From: Octopus sinensis
Lineage: Eukaryota
Length of the DNA stretch: 64,000 nt
NCBI RefSeq assembly: GCF_006345805.1
Contig: NC_043013.1
Coordinates: forward strand, 8,556,001-8,620,000
Reading direction: 5' to 3'
The number at the start of each line of letters is the position of its first letter. Positions within the stretch are counted from its first letter, which is position 1. This document shows, piece after piece, positions 50,641 through 64,000 of the stretch. The notes beneath the pieces are model-generated. The model had not been told where the DNA came from, did not search any database, and was given only the letters and a program-made list of their open reading frames with translations. Position numbers and translations under genes: made by a program.

Positions 50641-51757
50641 TTTGTTTTTCACACATTGTACAACGCCAGAGAAAGAAACCTGATTCTTGCAATAGATACA
50701 ACCAAAGTAAACATTTTTTTCATGGGCCCCAGTTTACTATTCTGTTTGTGTGGAGGCCCAAAAGACTTACATGGGACCCTGGTTGAAAACCGCTGAGTTA
50801 GCTGTACAAATTTCTGTGTGTGTGTTCGCGCGCACGTGATCACGGTTTGAACGCCTGTTCATAGGTAACGGACACGATACGAACCATTGATTCTTGGGCT
50901 TGTAGTGTAATTAATAACTTTATACGTAAGACTGAGCACATCTCTCACTTAAGAACCGCAAAGACATGATTCCCAAAGGAGATTTACTGAAAAACTAATC
51001 ACAGATAATAGATGAGAGAAGCATTTAGCTAAGTGTAACAGCACTAACGGTTGCAGCAGCAGCAGCAGCAGCAGCAACCGCTTTCCATAAATCTGTTTGG
51101 CAAATGGCGGCGTGACATTTTTGTCTGGGATATTATACGTAATAGATGTATTGCACTATAATTCCGCAAATAAGTGTTGATGGAACTTTCGACTATGAGT
51201 TTTTTTTTTTCTCTCGGGTGGGTTTTTTATTTTTCTATGGATCAACAGCGTGAATTCATTATCACGTGATGACGTGTAACAAAAAAAAAAGAAGAAAAAA
51301 AACGAAAAAATTTACAAAGAGATACAAAAAAATTCAAGCTTTTAAACTTCATCTGTTGTGTTTCTATTGACACTTCATTTCAGTCGCTATAATCTTTTGT
51401 TATTTTCTGGTGTTATAATTATGCGCATATATAAATGCAGGCGCCCATGGATAGATGTGTTATGTAGTTATATATGTATGTATATAGGTATTAATACACA
51501 CGCACACACACGTATATGTAATATGCACACGCTGTGTCGTGTACAATGGTAACTGAACAGAGATGAGAGACAGAAGCGTTTAACACATGTAATGGGAGTT
51601 AAAAGCATTTATTAACAGGTTGACTCAGCTTTTTTGACCCCGAACAAGTGACAACGTAGCCGTTTATCTGCACCTACAAAACTTTCAGTAATGTATCACG
51701 CTGCTAATACACATACACACACACACACAATTAACACTTTATCAATGTAAGAGTGTT

Positions 51758-51804
<47 letters not shown>

Positions 51805-51888
51805 ATATACGTACACATCTTTATATATATATATAAACTTAGATATGTTTCGACCAAACATTGGTCCAGGCCATGTCTAACTTAATAG

Positions 51889-51948
<60 letters not shown>

Positions 51949-52021
51949 TCGTTATATCGAACAATGAGAATGAGTGTTCAACACACCACATTGGTGGATA
52001 AAAATTCTTTCTTTATGGGTT

Positions 52022-52075
52022 AAGGCTACCATTGGTTTCATGTTAAATGAAATCCCTTAACAATTATCAAGCCTT
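52022..52075 (-). ncRNA. Decayed HHR motif in a short element next to (TA)n
   Basis: AAGGC-TTGATAA-T-TGTTAA..TTAACA-T-GAAA-CCAATGG-TA^GCCTT. All three stems pair; the core has two changes. Confidence 0.55.
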
Positions 52076-52365
52076 CCACATGGAACGTCGGTGTCCATTT
52101 CCGTCTTGGATTAAAACACGTATAAACACAAACACAGATGTGTGTATATATGTGCGTGCATGTGTGTGTGTGTGTGTCTGTGTTAAATAATGAGGGTAGA
52201 TATAAATATTATTAATTAATATCAATTTAAATCAGTGGCTAGCATACTTAAAATATATATGTGTATATATATATATATAATATATATATATATATGTATA
52301 TATATATGTATATATGTATATATATATATACACACACACACATATATATATTATATATATAATAT

Positions 52366-52435
<70 letters not shown>

Positions 52436-52453
52436 AGAGGTGAGACGAAGACG

Positions 52454-52852
52454 GGATCTTTTCGGTTTGAACGGCAGTTTTTCTAGCGGTGTCATATGAA
52501 ATGGTCACCCATAATTATGACCCTATTGCATTTCAATCTGTTTTAGGGTTAGGGGTGGGGGGAAGGGTATCTTTTTTTCTTCACAAATGTAAATAAACCC
52601 AATCTGTTTCTTAAACGAAGGACATATTCATACGGCACAGAATGTTTTCACCTCAAGAGACGTCATTAATTGGTTGAAATTGCAGAAATTGAAGAAGAAA
52701 AACAACAAATATCTTACAAACTATAGAATTTTCTCAATAAAGCCAAGAGAAAAAGATGTTTTATAAACACATTTTACCAGTATGCGAAGTTTGAAAGTGT
52801 TTAGTTAGGTGGAAATTATTTTTAAAAACTGCCAGTCAAACCGAAAAGATCC
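52454..52852 (-). mobile_element. Merlin-like MITE, copy 2
   Basis: Same TIRs; TSD CGAAGACG (52446-52453, 52853-52860). Confidence 0.9.
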
Positions 52853-53509
52853 CGAAGACGATGGGATTCTCAGAGTTTCTCTTTACTAAATTCATTTACA
52901 AATTATGTCAGCTCGGACTGGGGTTGTATTATAATGGAAAATACCAAAGGTGCCTCACTGTGAAAATGGACCTAAAACTACGTAGTTGCAAACCAAAATT
53001 GTTAACCATGTAACCGACACTATAAAACTAGTAGGAGCTTTTCAATACCTATAATACTCTTAACTTACGGTGTTCTTTCTTTCTGAAAGGTTCTACTACT
53101 TTGAGTAGTTTTATACATTTAGATTAGACATAATCAGCATGGTAATAACTTAAAATTTTGAATTTTCTTTCAAATTTTCAAGTTGTAAATGTAAGAACTT
53201 TTAATGAAATTGTATCTATAAAGCAACCACTAGGAGGCGCATGGCTTAGTGGTTAGGGTATTAGATTCACAACCATAAGATTGTGGTTTCGATCCCTGGG
53301 CTTAGCGATCTGTTGTGTTCTTGAGCAAAACACTTCACTTCATGTTGCTCCAGTTCACTCAGTTGTAGAAATGAGTACCACTAGTGGAGGCACGTTGCTT
53401 AGTAGTTAAGGTGTTGGATTCACGACTGTAAGATTGTAGTTTCGATCCCTGTACTGGCCGATCCGTACAGGGATCATACTCATCAAAACATACACACGTT
53501 GTGTGTGTA

Positions 53510-53579
<70 letters not shown>

Positions 53580-53933
53580 CATAATGAAATGATTCTTTGA
53601 GGTTTGAATAATTTACCTCTGGAAACGTGGGTTTTCTTTCATTATGATTCCTTAATAGAATCTGAAACACTACGAATATGCTTCCGAGTTTCACCTTTCT
53701 TTTTGTCGAGTAATAGTAAAATAACAAAGACATACAGATAAAACAACGAGCTTTTTGTATGCAGTGCTTGAATGCGCCACAACAGAAGATAGGGGCAGGC
53801 GCCCTTGAAAAAACATAAGTTATTTTCAAGAAAAAAATGTAAGAATAACATTTTCCTCACTAAATCCTTTCTCCTTACATTTATTCATTTACTTCCATCT
53901 GCTTTCTCTTCTTTTATTTACATGCTTCGTCAG

Positions 53934-54314
53934 GAGGCGCAATGGCCCAGTGGTTAGGGCAGCGGACTCGCGGTCATAGGATCGCGGTTTCGATTCTCAG
54001 ATCGGGCGTTGTGAGTGTTTATTGAGCGAAAACACCTAAAGCTCCACGAGGCTCCGGCAGGGGATGGTGGTGATCCCTGCTGTACTCTTTCACCACAACT
54101 TTCTCTCACTCTTACTTCCTGTTTCTGTTGTACCTGTATTTCAAAGGGCTGGCCTTGTCACTCTCTGTGTCACGCTGAATATCCCCGAGAACTACGTTAA
54201 GGGTGCACGTGTCTGTGGAGTGCTCAGCCACTTACACGTTAATTTCACGAGCAGGCTGTTCCGTTGATTCGGATCAACCGGAACCCTCGTCGTCGCAACC
54301 GACGGAGTGCTTCC
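53934..54314 (+). mobile_element. SINE family C, full length
   Basis: 14-bp TSD ACATGCTTCGTCAG (53920-53933, 54315-54328). Confidence 0.93.
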
Positions 54315-54673
54315 ACATGCTTCGTCAGCATTGAGTATATTTTTGTTACTCTAGAGATATTTGAAAATATTATTTTTAAAAATCAAGCCTGCTTCTTCGA
54401 CCGTTTCTCCACCTCTTTGCCTTTCTTCCTCCTCTGTGTCTAAATTTTTTTTTATCTTGTTTCACCTGTTCGTCATTTTTTCTATTCTCTTTCTTTCTTT
54501 CTATCCCTTAGCCACAGTTTCTATACATAACCGTTTTATCAAAGATTAATCTGTCGGCATCCAACAACTATTCAAAGTATGTGTCTACTTTCAAATATTT
54601 TTGTGACTTTTCAACGATGCCAAAAATCATGTGTGGTGTATATAAATGTATGCTCTTTCTTATCTCACTGTTT

Positions 54674-54729
54674 CCCGATGACCCAGTGACCCGATGACCC
54701 GGTGACCCGATGACCCGATGACCCGGTGA
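54674..54729. repeat. 8-bp tandem repeat (GACCCRRT)x~7
   Basis: CCCGATGACCCAGTGACCCGATGACCCGGTGA... Confidence 0.85.
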
Positions 54730-55153
54730 AACTCGGAGGGGTAAATTTTCAGTTTCTTATGGCTGCAATTTTACTCTGCACTTCGTAATGGATAATTTTT
54801 CACGTCTTTGGATGTCCTACCAGGCATAATTTTCATTTGTCATACGTGCATCTTTGATCATGAGCAAGAGTAGTGGGAGTGCGTCATTGTCACGTGTTGA
54901 GAGGAATTCTTTGAGCTTTGAATAATTCACCTCTGGAAACGTGGGTTTTCTTTCATCATCCTTAAACAAATCTATCTCTATGTCGCGCACATACGATTGT
55001 GATGCATATACCTGGTGTACCCTTATCAAACGGGTAGTCATGATAGGTATATTGGACCTTGTATATTTGAACCCCAGTGTCACTTTGATGGCATATACTG
55101 CTCTCTTATTTAATAACAACAACAACAACAATAATAATAATAACAACAACAAT

Positions 55154-56165
<1,012 letters not shown>

Positions 56166-56524
56166 TGTCGGCATCTTAAGAACTTAGCAATATTTTGTTC
56201 GTCTTTACGTTTTGAATTAAAATTCTGCCGAGGTCGACTTGACTTTTCTTCATTTCTGGGTCGATAAAGAATTACCAGTGAGACACTGGGATCGATCGAT
56301 GTAATTGACTAGTCCCCTCCCTCCAAAATTTCAGGCCTTGTACCTTCAGTAGAAGGATTACCTACAGCATTATTTGCTTCGAGATCCATCATAAACTCAA
56401 TGTGGTGTTCCAAAGAACCATAATGAACATATCTTAATTTCTCCCGCATTTGCTCTGTATTTCATTACACACACTCTCTTCTCTCTCTTTTTTCTCTTCC
56501 CCTCTCTTTCTCACTATACATATA

Positions 56525-56850
56525 TTCTTTTATTCTTCTATTCTTTTACTTGCTTCAGTCATTTGACTGCGGCCATGTTGGAGCACCGCGTTGAAGGGTT
56601 TTAGTAAAACAAATTAACTCCAGGACTTATCTTTGTTAAATCCTGGTACTTATTCTAGCGCTCTCTATCTTACTTATTCTATCGCTTAGGCGCAGGAGTG
56701 GCTGTATGGTAAGTAGCTTTCTTACCAACCACATGGTTCTGGGTTCAGTCCCACTGCGTGGCACCTTGGGCAAGTGTCTTCTACTATAGCCTCGGGCCAA
56801 CCAAAGTCTTGTGAGTGGATTTTGTAGACGGAAACTGAAAGAAGCCTGTC

Positions 56851-56882
<32 letters not shown>

Positions 56883-57088
56883 GTGTGTGTGTGTGTCTGT
56901 GTTTGTCCCCCCAACATCACTCGGCAACTGATGCTGATGTGTTCATGCTCCCATAACTTAGCGGTTCGGCAAAAGAGACCGATAGAATAAGTACTAGGCT
57001 TAGAACGAATAAGTCCTGGGGTCGATTTGTTCGACTAAAGGAGATGCTCCAGCATGGCCGCAGTCAAATGACTGAAACAAGTAAAAAA
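56525..57088. mobile_element. SINE A tail (-, 56525-56685) abutting full SINE A (+, 56688-57088)
   Basis: Family consensus matches. Confidence 0.85.
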
Positions 57089-57147
57089 TATATATATAAC
57101 CTTATTGCCCGTTGTGATAGCTAGTCTGCCAGATATATATCTATAGC

Positions 57148-57529
57148 CAAGCCCTCATCAACTATTTCAAGTTTCACTTGAAAAGGAAGTTGAGGGTGGA
57201 GAGGGAAGTGTTGTGTTCTAGCAAGTTTATTGAAAGGTGGGTGAATGTTAGAAGAATGGCCAGTGTGAAATGACTAATTCTGAGCACACACCCGTGAGAA
57301 ATAAAAGAAGGGCTCTTGCCCTGTTGATCAGACACCCGTAGCTTTTCTGGGTTTTTCCACGAGGATCTTAAAGCGCTTCCCCTATTGGGAGTTTTAATTT
57401 GTTCAATTTTAATTGTTATTTATCTTGTTTACACGCAGAAAACCCATTGTATCATCCTGTTTCTGTTTTTTATGTTGTATGTCTTTTAATGTTGTTTTAT
57501 GTGACCCCTTGTAGCTAATAAAAGAACAA

Positions 57530-57566
<37 letters not shown>

Positions 57567-57588
57567 TATTATTATTATTATTATTAAT
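57148..57588 (+). mobile_element. L1/Tx1-like LINE 3' end with (ATT)n tail
   Basis: QALINYFKFHLKRKLRVEREVLCSSKFIERWVNV, T-rich 3'UTR, AATAAA at ~57517, then (ATT)n. Confidence 0.55.
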
Positions 57589-58078
57589 TAGCTCAATTTG
57601 ATTTCTGGAAGACTCTAATAGAATGCTCGAATTACTGAAATTAAATTTAAAAGTGGAGTTCTATATCAGCTTACATAAACGAGTCTCTTGTAGTAATTAA
57701 TTATAAGGATAAATACTTTGCAGTCACCACGAAAATATTTCTTTTGTGCAAAGCGATTTTGCAAAAGGCTGAATGGAATTGAATAAAAATAATCAAGTTT
57801 AGAACAGTCAACAATATGATAATTGCCACAGTATATTTTTATATTTTGTGTCACGCAAAGCGTCTTGATTAAATTTCAATATATTTGCATATAACGTGCA
57901 ACTATAGGCACAAATGTGAAAGAGCGTGGCCTAGTTGTTCGGGTATTCCGTTGATGATCATAATGTGGGTTCAGTTCCTCGATTGGACAGCACGTGGTGT
58001 TCTTGAATACAGCATTTTATTTCACGTTTATTTCCAGTTTACTCAGCTGAAAATGAGTACCTGCTGAGTGCTGATGCT

Positions 58079-58140
<62 letters not shown>

Positions 58141-58264
58141 TCTCTCTCCCCGCCTCTCTCTCTCTAATTGTCACATCTTGGATGTCCTGGATGTGTGGTA
58201 CTGGTTCAAAGGATGGGAGAGTCTAGAGGGTGCCTACAACAATTAGCAAATGCATAGTACTTAT

Positions 58265-58568
58265 TTTACGTTTGTTCCTTCTTGAGCCATGCCTGGCTCA
58301 TAAGGGCCGGTTTCCCGGTTTCCTTGGCGTATAGGTTCCCCACCTGAACGGGACGCCGGCCCGTCGCAGGTGAGCTGCAAGATGAAAGAGTGAGAGAAAG
58401 TTGTGGCGAAAGAGTCAGCAGAAGTTCGACATTACCTTCTGCCGGAGACGCGTGGAGCTTTTAGGTGTTTTGCTCATAAACACACACACATCGCCCGGTC
58501 TGAGATTCGAACCCGCGATCCCTCGACTGCGAGTCCGCTGCTCTAACCACTAGGCCATGTGCTTGCAC
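58265..58568 (-). mobile_element. SINE family D
   Basis: Homologous to 20833-21124; flanked by the repeated CATAGTACTTATT. Confidence 0.9.
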
Positions 58569-59132
58569 ACATAGTACTTATTACTAAACTATACTCGTTC
58601 GTGAGTGACGGCTGGCTTCAAACAGTTACAAATATTTTGAATCTATCTCAAAAAATTATTTGGCTTGCCAGAATATTTAATGAAGAACACAAGTCCAAGT
58701 AATTTTCAACATCTGCTTATTTACAACAAAACTTTGCATTTGAATATTCGATAGACACAACGCATAATCATAAGTAAGATTCTTTTGAATTTTTCTAAAA
58801 TATAATTCGACTTTCCAATAGATTTATCGAAGCGAAATGATGCAGACAACGATAATATCCCGTGTAATTTTGATAAATTTCTATTTACAAAAATGTTCTA
58901 AATATAATATTTGGTAGGTGTAACGTATGACTACAGTTACATATGCTTAGGAAATTTTTGAAAACAATATATTGATCCTGTCGGGAATGCCTCTGTTCTA
59001 GTTGAAACCAAAACTTTATATGACTATTATGATTTTATGTGACATTGACACCTATGCATGCGTCTCTTCGTTTGTGATATGTGTGTTTATGTGCATCAGC
59101 TGTTTGCATATGCATATACATACATACATACA

Positions 59133-59168
<36 letters not shown>

Positions 59169-59171
59169 TAT

Positions 59172-60300
59172 ATGGCACCCATCATCGACCCTATCGCATC
59201 ATCAACTCCCTCACCTGCACCTCCAGCAATATTATCTATTGCGTCTCTTGCTCTCTCTGCCATTCCCTGTACATCGGACAAACGGGACGCCGCTTGGCTG
59301 ACCGGTTCGCGGAACACCTTCGTGACATCCGCCTTGCGAACGACACACCAGCCTCACGCCATTTCCGCTCCACCGGTCACTCCTTGCAACACCTGTCTGT
59401 GTTCGGTTTGTCCTTACACAGAGGCCATCCGGATTCCCGTTTGCGCCGTGAACAGGAATTAATCTTCTCTCTTCGCTCTTATACGCCATTTGGTCTCAAC
59501 TCCCCCCCTTCATCTAACCCCCCTCTCCCCCCTCCTCATCTAACCTCTCTCCCCCGCCCCCTACTTCTCTTCAGTCCTTCATCCTTTCACTCCTACTCCT
59601 CTTCCTTTCTTCCCTCTTTCTCCCTCCCTCCTTCTTCCCTCTTCCCTCTTTCTCTCTGCTCCCTCACTCCCCTTCTCTCTCTCCCCCTCTCCCTCTATCC
59701 TCCCTCCTCCTCTCCCCCTCCTCTTTTCCTCTCCTTCCTTCTCCCCCTTCTCTCCCCTCCTCTTCTCCTCTCCTTCCTTCTCCCCCTTCCCCCTCTCTTC
59801 TCCCCTTTCTTTCTCCCCCCTCACCCCACCCCTCCCCTCCCCTCTTCCCTCATCTCCTCTCTCTACACTACACCATACGACTTTACACATCACATCATAT
59901 ATACATACACACGTCCAGACCTCTCATACGCACTAATACTCTCTCATACACACACACACACACTCTTCTCATACACACACACACACTCTTATGTTGGAGC
60001 GAGGTCACTTAACCCTATTATCTCCCCTAATTTCGCTCTTGCGTCTCACGTTTGATCTTTGACTTCTGGCCGAAATCAGATTGCCATGTTGATTCGCTAG
60101 CTTCTGCACGCATATTTTTTTTCTCTGTGTATCTTTCTGTTGAAGAGCGTAGGCTCGAAACGTTAAAGACTAGTTTTATTTATATTTCCTGAGCGCCATA
60201 CTAATACAATTGTTTGTTTGTATTCCACCTGCCTTCGTCTTTTGTTTATTTCCGTAAACCTGCCTTCGTCTTTTGTCTATTTTCATAAAGCTTCCTTTTA
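59172..60300 (+). mobile_element. 5'-truncated Neptune-type PLE: open GIY-YIG endonuclease, pyrimidine-rich UTR, pLTR with HHR
   Basis: LTCTSSNIIYCVSCSLCHSLYIGQTGRRLADRFAEHLRDI..SRHF..GHS..RLRREQELIFSL..PFGLN; flanked by (TA)n on both sides. Confidence 0.92.
60132..60169 (+). ncRNA. Minimal HHR motif, variant core CUGUUGA
   Basis: TCTTT-CTGTTGA-A-GAGC-GTAG-GCTC-GAAA-CGTT^AAAGA. Confidence 0.7.
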
Positions 60301-60403
60301 TATATATATATATATATATATATAAATTTAGAGATAGTAGGCACCTTTCATCTCACCATATAAAAAAGAATTTTTATTTTAAATACCTACTACTTTATAA
60401 CTT

Positions 60404-60498
60404 GGCTACACGTGTTTCATGAGGTACATTCCCCGGTTCCTAAACCACTGCGTGTTTTGCTGGAACCCTTCTTAAAATGTAACCCCAATCATCAGGCC
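60404..60498 (-). ncRNA. HHR motif with extended stem II, in a PLE-like terminus (~60325-60740)
   Basis: GGC-CTGATGA-T-TGGGGTTACATT..AATGTACCTCA-T-GAAA-CACGTG-TA^GCC; palindromic stem III ACACGTGT. Confidence 0.7.
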
Positions 60499-60793
60499 CT
60501 TATATCACTTTATCATTGTTCAATACTATAAACTATATTTTAATTTTTAAAAAACCCTTAAGTATGTGTAAAATATAAAATTAGTGCTGTATGAACATTT
60601 AATGTGGTTTTAGAGTCAAGTTTTGGCTGCTATTCTAGCGTGGTGGTATCTCTTAGATACCCTAAATTATACTTTTTATAATAATTATTACCTTCGAAGA
60701 TTTTTATTCCTATGCTGGCCGCTTGAAGTTTCTGAATCAACGATATGCACGCATACATACATATATACATAAACACACGTACAACGATATGCA

Positions 60794-60852
<59 letters not shown>

Positions 60853-60858
<6 letters not shown>

Positions 60859-61210
60859 TTACTGGACGCTCAGGAAAGAAGGAGGGTTTAACGTTTCGAG
60901 CGGAGCTCTTCGTCGGAAACATAGGAGAAGGAAAGATCCAGAGAAGGGAAGACAGAGGAAAAAACAACAAAAAAAAACGTCAACGATACACACGTCAAAA
61001 TGTGACCGCGTGTGTACCGTTGGCGATTTTTATTCCCTCTGTCTTCCCTTCTCAGGATCTTTCCTATTCCTATGTTTCCGACGAAGAGCTCAGCTCGAAA
61101 CGTTAAACCCTACTTCTTCCCTTCCTTCCTGAGCGTCCAATAATACTATATTTGTTCCACGTCCTCGCGTTGTTGTGTTTTTTTGTGCTTTCTTGTCTGG
61201 ATTAACTAAC
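60853..61210. mobile_element. Head-to-head PLE terminus palindrome with two HHR motifs (60886-60920 -, 61074-61108 +)
   Basis: The arms are reverse complements about ~60998. GTTT-CCGACGA-A-GAGC-TCM-GCTC-GAAA-CGTT^AAAC. Confidence 0.8.
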
Positions 61211-61223
61211 TATATGTATATAA

Positions 61224-61672
61224 TGTTCGTCCTTCGGGTTCGAAGATGACCATTGACATCATTTGGTGGAATTGCTGCTATGAGACCGGAGGTGGCTGGT
61301 GAGGCCAATCCGGGCAAGAAAGCCCCTTCCACAGGTGGGGCAGAAGTAGGTAGGGGCTGTGCTATTCGTGCAGGTGGCTCTGGCTTTCCGCATCTGGCGT
61401 TTCTGTTCTGCTGACTGAATCCGTCTCTCCTCGGCTGTCTTTGCTCCTGTGGTGATTGCGCTGCGCCAGGATGAGCGGTCGGCAGCAAGTGTCTCCCAAG
61501 TCTCTGTGCCGATGGAGAAGTCTTTGAGAGAGACTTTGAGACTGTCCTTGAAGCGTTTCTTCTGCCCTCTGACTTTGCGTTTTCCCTGGCTGAGTTCACC
61601 GTAGAAGAGCTGTTTTAGGATGCAAGTGTCGGACATGCGGGAGACGTGGCCTGCCCATCTCACCTGGGCTTT
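61224..61672 (-). mobile_element. RTE (BovB-like) LINE 3' end with C-terminal C2H2 finger
   Basis: RWAGHVSRMSD..KQLFYGELSQGKR..GQKKRFKDSLK..WETLAADRSSWR..FCPTCGRGFLARIGLTSHLRSH; 3'UTR hairpin CTTCGAACCCGAAG. Confidence 0.93.
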
Positions 61673-61823
61673 GCGCGCGCGCGCGTGTGTGTGTGTTTGT
61701 GTGTTTGTGTGTATACTTTATGTGTATGTATACAGCGTTATCTGCGTCTGTTTACCTGTAGCGCTGTACGTATATATGTGTATACATGAGTGTATCTGAG
61801 TGAGTATGCCTGTATCCATGTAT

Positions 61824-61881
<58 letters not shown>

Positions 61882-62371
61882 TGAGCAATCTTGAGTATTT
61901 TACTGTAAATGTGTCTGAAATTTTCTGTATGTATATAAACATAGTGAGCACTCTTGAATGTATATGTGCATATATATTCACATATATAAATAAGCTTCGT
62001 ATTGTAACTACGTATCTTATACATAGTGTCTATCTTTGACTATGAGCGGGAAAAAGTGACTGGTAGTAAGAAACGAGGGAAGGTAATCATCTCGAGATAG
62101 ATTTATCATCTGCTGATATCTGTCTTCTTTCCTTTACTATTAACAGACGTTAATTTCCTGTGTTTCAGGCCGTTGCAATGACCATTAACAAAGCGCATAT
62201 ATTTTTACTAAATTTTATAGTAATTTTCAATTGGCCTACTCCTTCCAGTGTTATCACAGTACCATCACAGGTCAAATTATATTTAAACTGTCGGCCAGGC
62301 TAGGTCTAAATTATTGTATAAAATAAAATGTTCTGCATTCAGTTGTGTAACTGGGGCGGGAGTTGAGGCAG

Positions 62372-62792
62372 GGATCTTTTCGGTTTGAACGGCAGTTTTT
62401 AAAAATAATTTCCACTTAACTAAACACTTTTAAACTTCGTATACTGGTAGAATGTGTTTATAAACCATCTTTTTTTCCCTTGGACTTTATTGAGAAAATT
62501 CTATAGTTTGTAAGATATTTGTTGTTGTTTTTTCTTCAATTTCTGCAATTTCAACCAATCACTGACGTCCATTGAGGTAAAAAAAAAACCCTTCTGTGCC
62601 GTATGAATATGTCCCTCGTTTAAGAAACAGATTGGGTTTATTTACATTTGTGAAGAAAAAAAGATACCCTTCCCCCCACCCCTAACCCTAAAACAGATTG
62701 AAATGCAATAGATCGATACTAGGGTCATAATTATGGGTGACAATTTCATATGACACCGCTAGAAATAACTGCCGTTCAAACCGAAAAGATCC
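62372..62792 (+). mobile_element. Merlin-like MITE, copy 3
   Basis: Same TIRs; TSD TGAGGCAG/AGAGGCAG. Confidence 0.9.
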
Positions 62793-64000
62793 AGAGGCAG
62801 GAGCAACACGCCCTGGGTGACGCTTTTAGGGAAGTGGTGGTGGGAGAGGGGTGCGTTTCGATCTGCTGCATAAGCCTATATAGAGGAACGGGACAGCAGA
62901 TTTCGAGTGCTGCCCCTGGCGGTATACTCACTCTAGGCTGCACCACTATCTATCTTTAAAACCTATTGAGTTGTTTGACCATCCGACTCCCTTGTTCGTC
63001 ATGTTCTACGATCCTTCATGTATACCTGTGACTATCTTCTTCCACCCTAATTCCTCTTTCTCACTCTCTCACCCTATAAATACTCCTCCAACATTTACCC
63101 ACCTTTACTGATTCTACTGACGTAATGGCAGTTACAAAGGTCGGCATGATTACAAAGGAATATATGCATTCGTATTGCATGAGTGCATGCAACCAAACCA
63201 CGTCTAAGTGTTTATACAAATGATAGATACTTTGCTGGTTCGAACAAGAAAGCGTTGTTAATTCGTCAGTAACCGATTTTCATCCTGACAATTTTTTGTA
63301 ATTAAATATGTTTGTATACATTTCAGAGTTTGTTTATTAAATTGCTAATTTAGACAGATGAATATATAAATATACTAAATTATAAGAAATTAGTATTGTT
63401 TTCTTTCATTAATACTGAACTCAGTGGCGGCTCATGTATAAACACTGCAGAGCTGCAAATACCCCAATTTCTACTTGATACGATCGATAGCATCCAATAT
63501 AATGAGTCCTTTTTTTTCTTTAGTTCTTTCTTTATACTTGTACATTATATAATCCTTAAGCTCAATGCCAGTAGCCACCTCCTAGATTATGAAAAAAATA
63601 CAGAAGTCCTTGTATAGAACTATGTGCTTCACAGTTCCAGCAATGAAGTGTTTAGTTGTTGTGCGCACGCTCACATGTCTGAGATAGGAAGCTTCACACT
63701 AGGGAGAGAGAGCACTATGTGAAAAACAGTGCCAGGTAAAAGGTACTTTTTCTTTTTGACTCCGCGTGTGTTGTGCTTAAAAACGTGTTTATATTCTTGA
63801 ATGTAATAAAGTGTAGAATTAGATTATTATCCTACTTCTAGCTTCAGTGTTGCTGCCAGGATTTGAAAAAAGGGCAGACTTTCCTTCCTTATTTTGTGAT
63901 TTAAGGGGGATTTTTGAAAAACAAGAATTCGCGAAGGTGTTCAGTAAACAAATTAAACACACTATCCGGCAGTGGCTAAAACGCGAACCGATCAAGTTTA

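Noticed and set aside
59081-60055. 324-aa host protein
   Set aside because: Only ~59172-59500 is real (PLE endonuclease); the flanks are microsatellite and polypyrimidine read-through.

Overview
AT-rich, repeat-saturated animal DNA. The SINE families look like those of Octopus (cephalopod); this is recognised from memory, not searched. There is a 100-N gap at 16105-16204. I found no supportable host exon, rRNA, true tRNA or CRISPR array. Almost all ORF-track entries are microsatellite or SINE artefacts. The window is a nested graveyard of tRNA-derived SINEs, MITEs (hAT, Tc1/mariner, pogo/Tigger, piggyBac-like, Merlin-like), Helitrons, and decayed mariner, maT and hAT transposases, LINEs (RTE, CR1-like, Tx1-like, R4/Dong) and Penelope-like elements (PLEs) of three types. 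The main signal is about ten minimal hammerhead-ribozyme (HHR) motifs from several PLE-terminus families, often in head-to-head palindromes. One module fuses a tRNA-like Pol III promoter, an (AAT)n spacer and an HHR. It occurs both at the ends of a Penelope element and as a 528-bp palindrome inserted into that same element. Nin-domain SINEs also recur as fixed-junction multimers. All structures were folded and aligned by eye; repeat boundaries are approximate unless a target-site duplication (TSD) is quoted.
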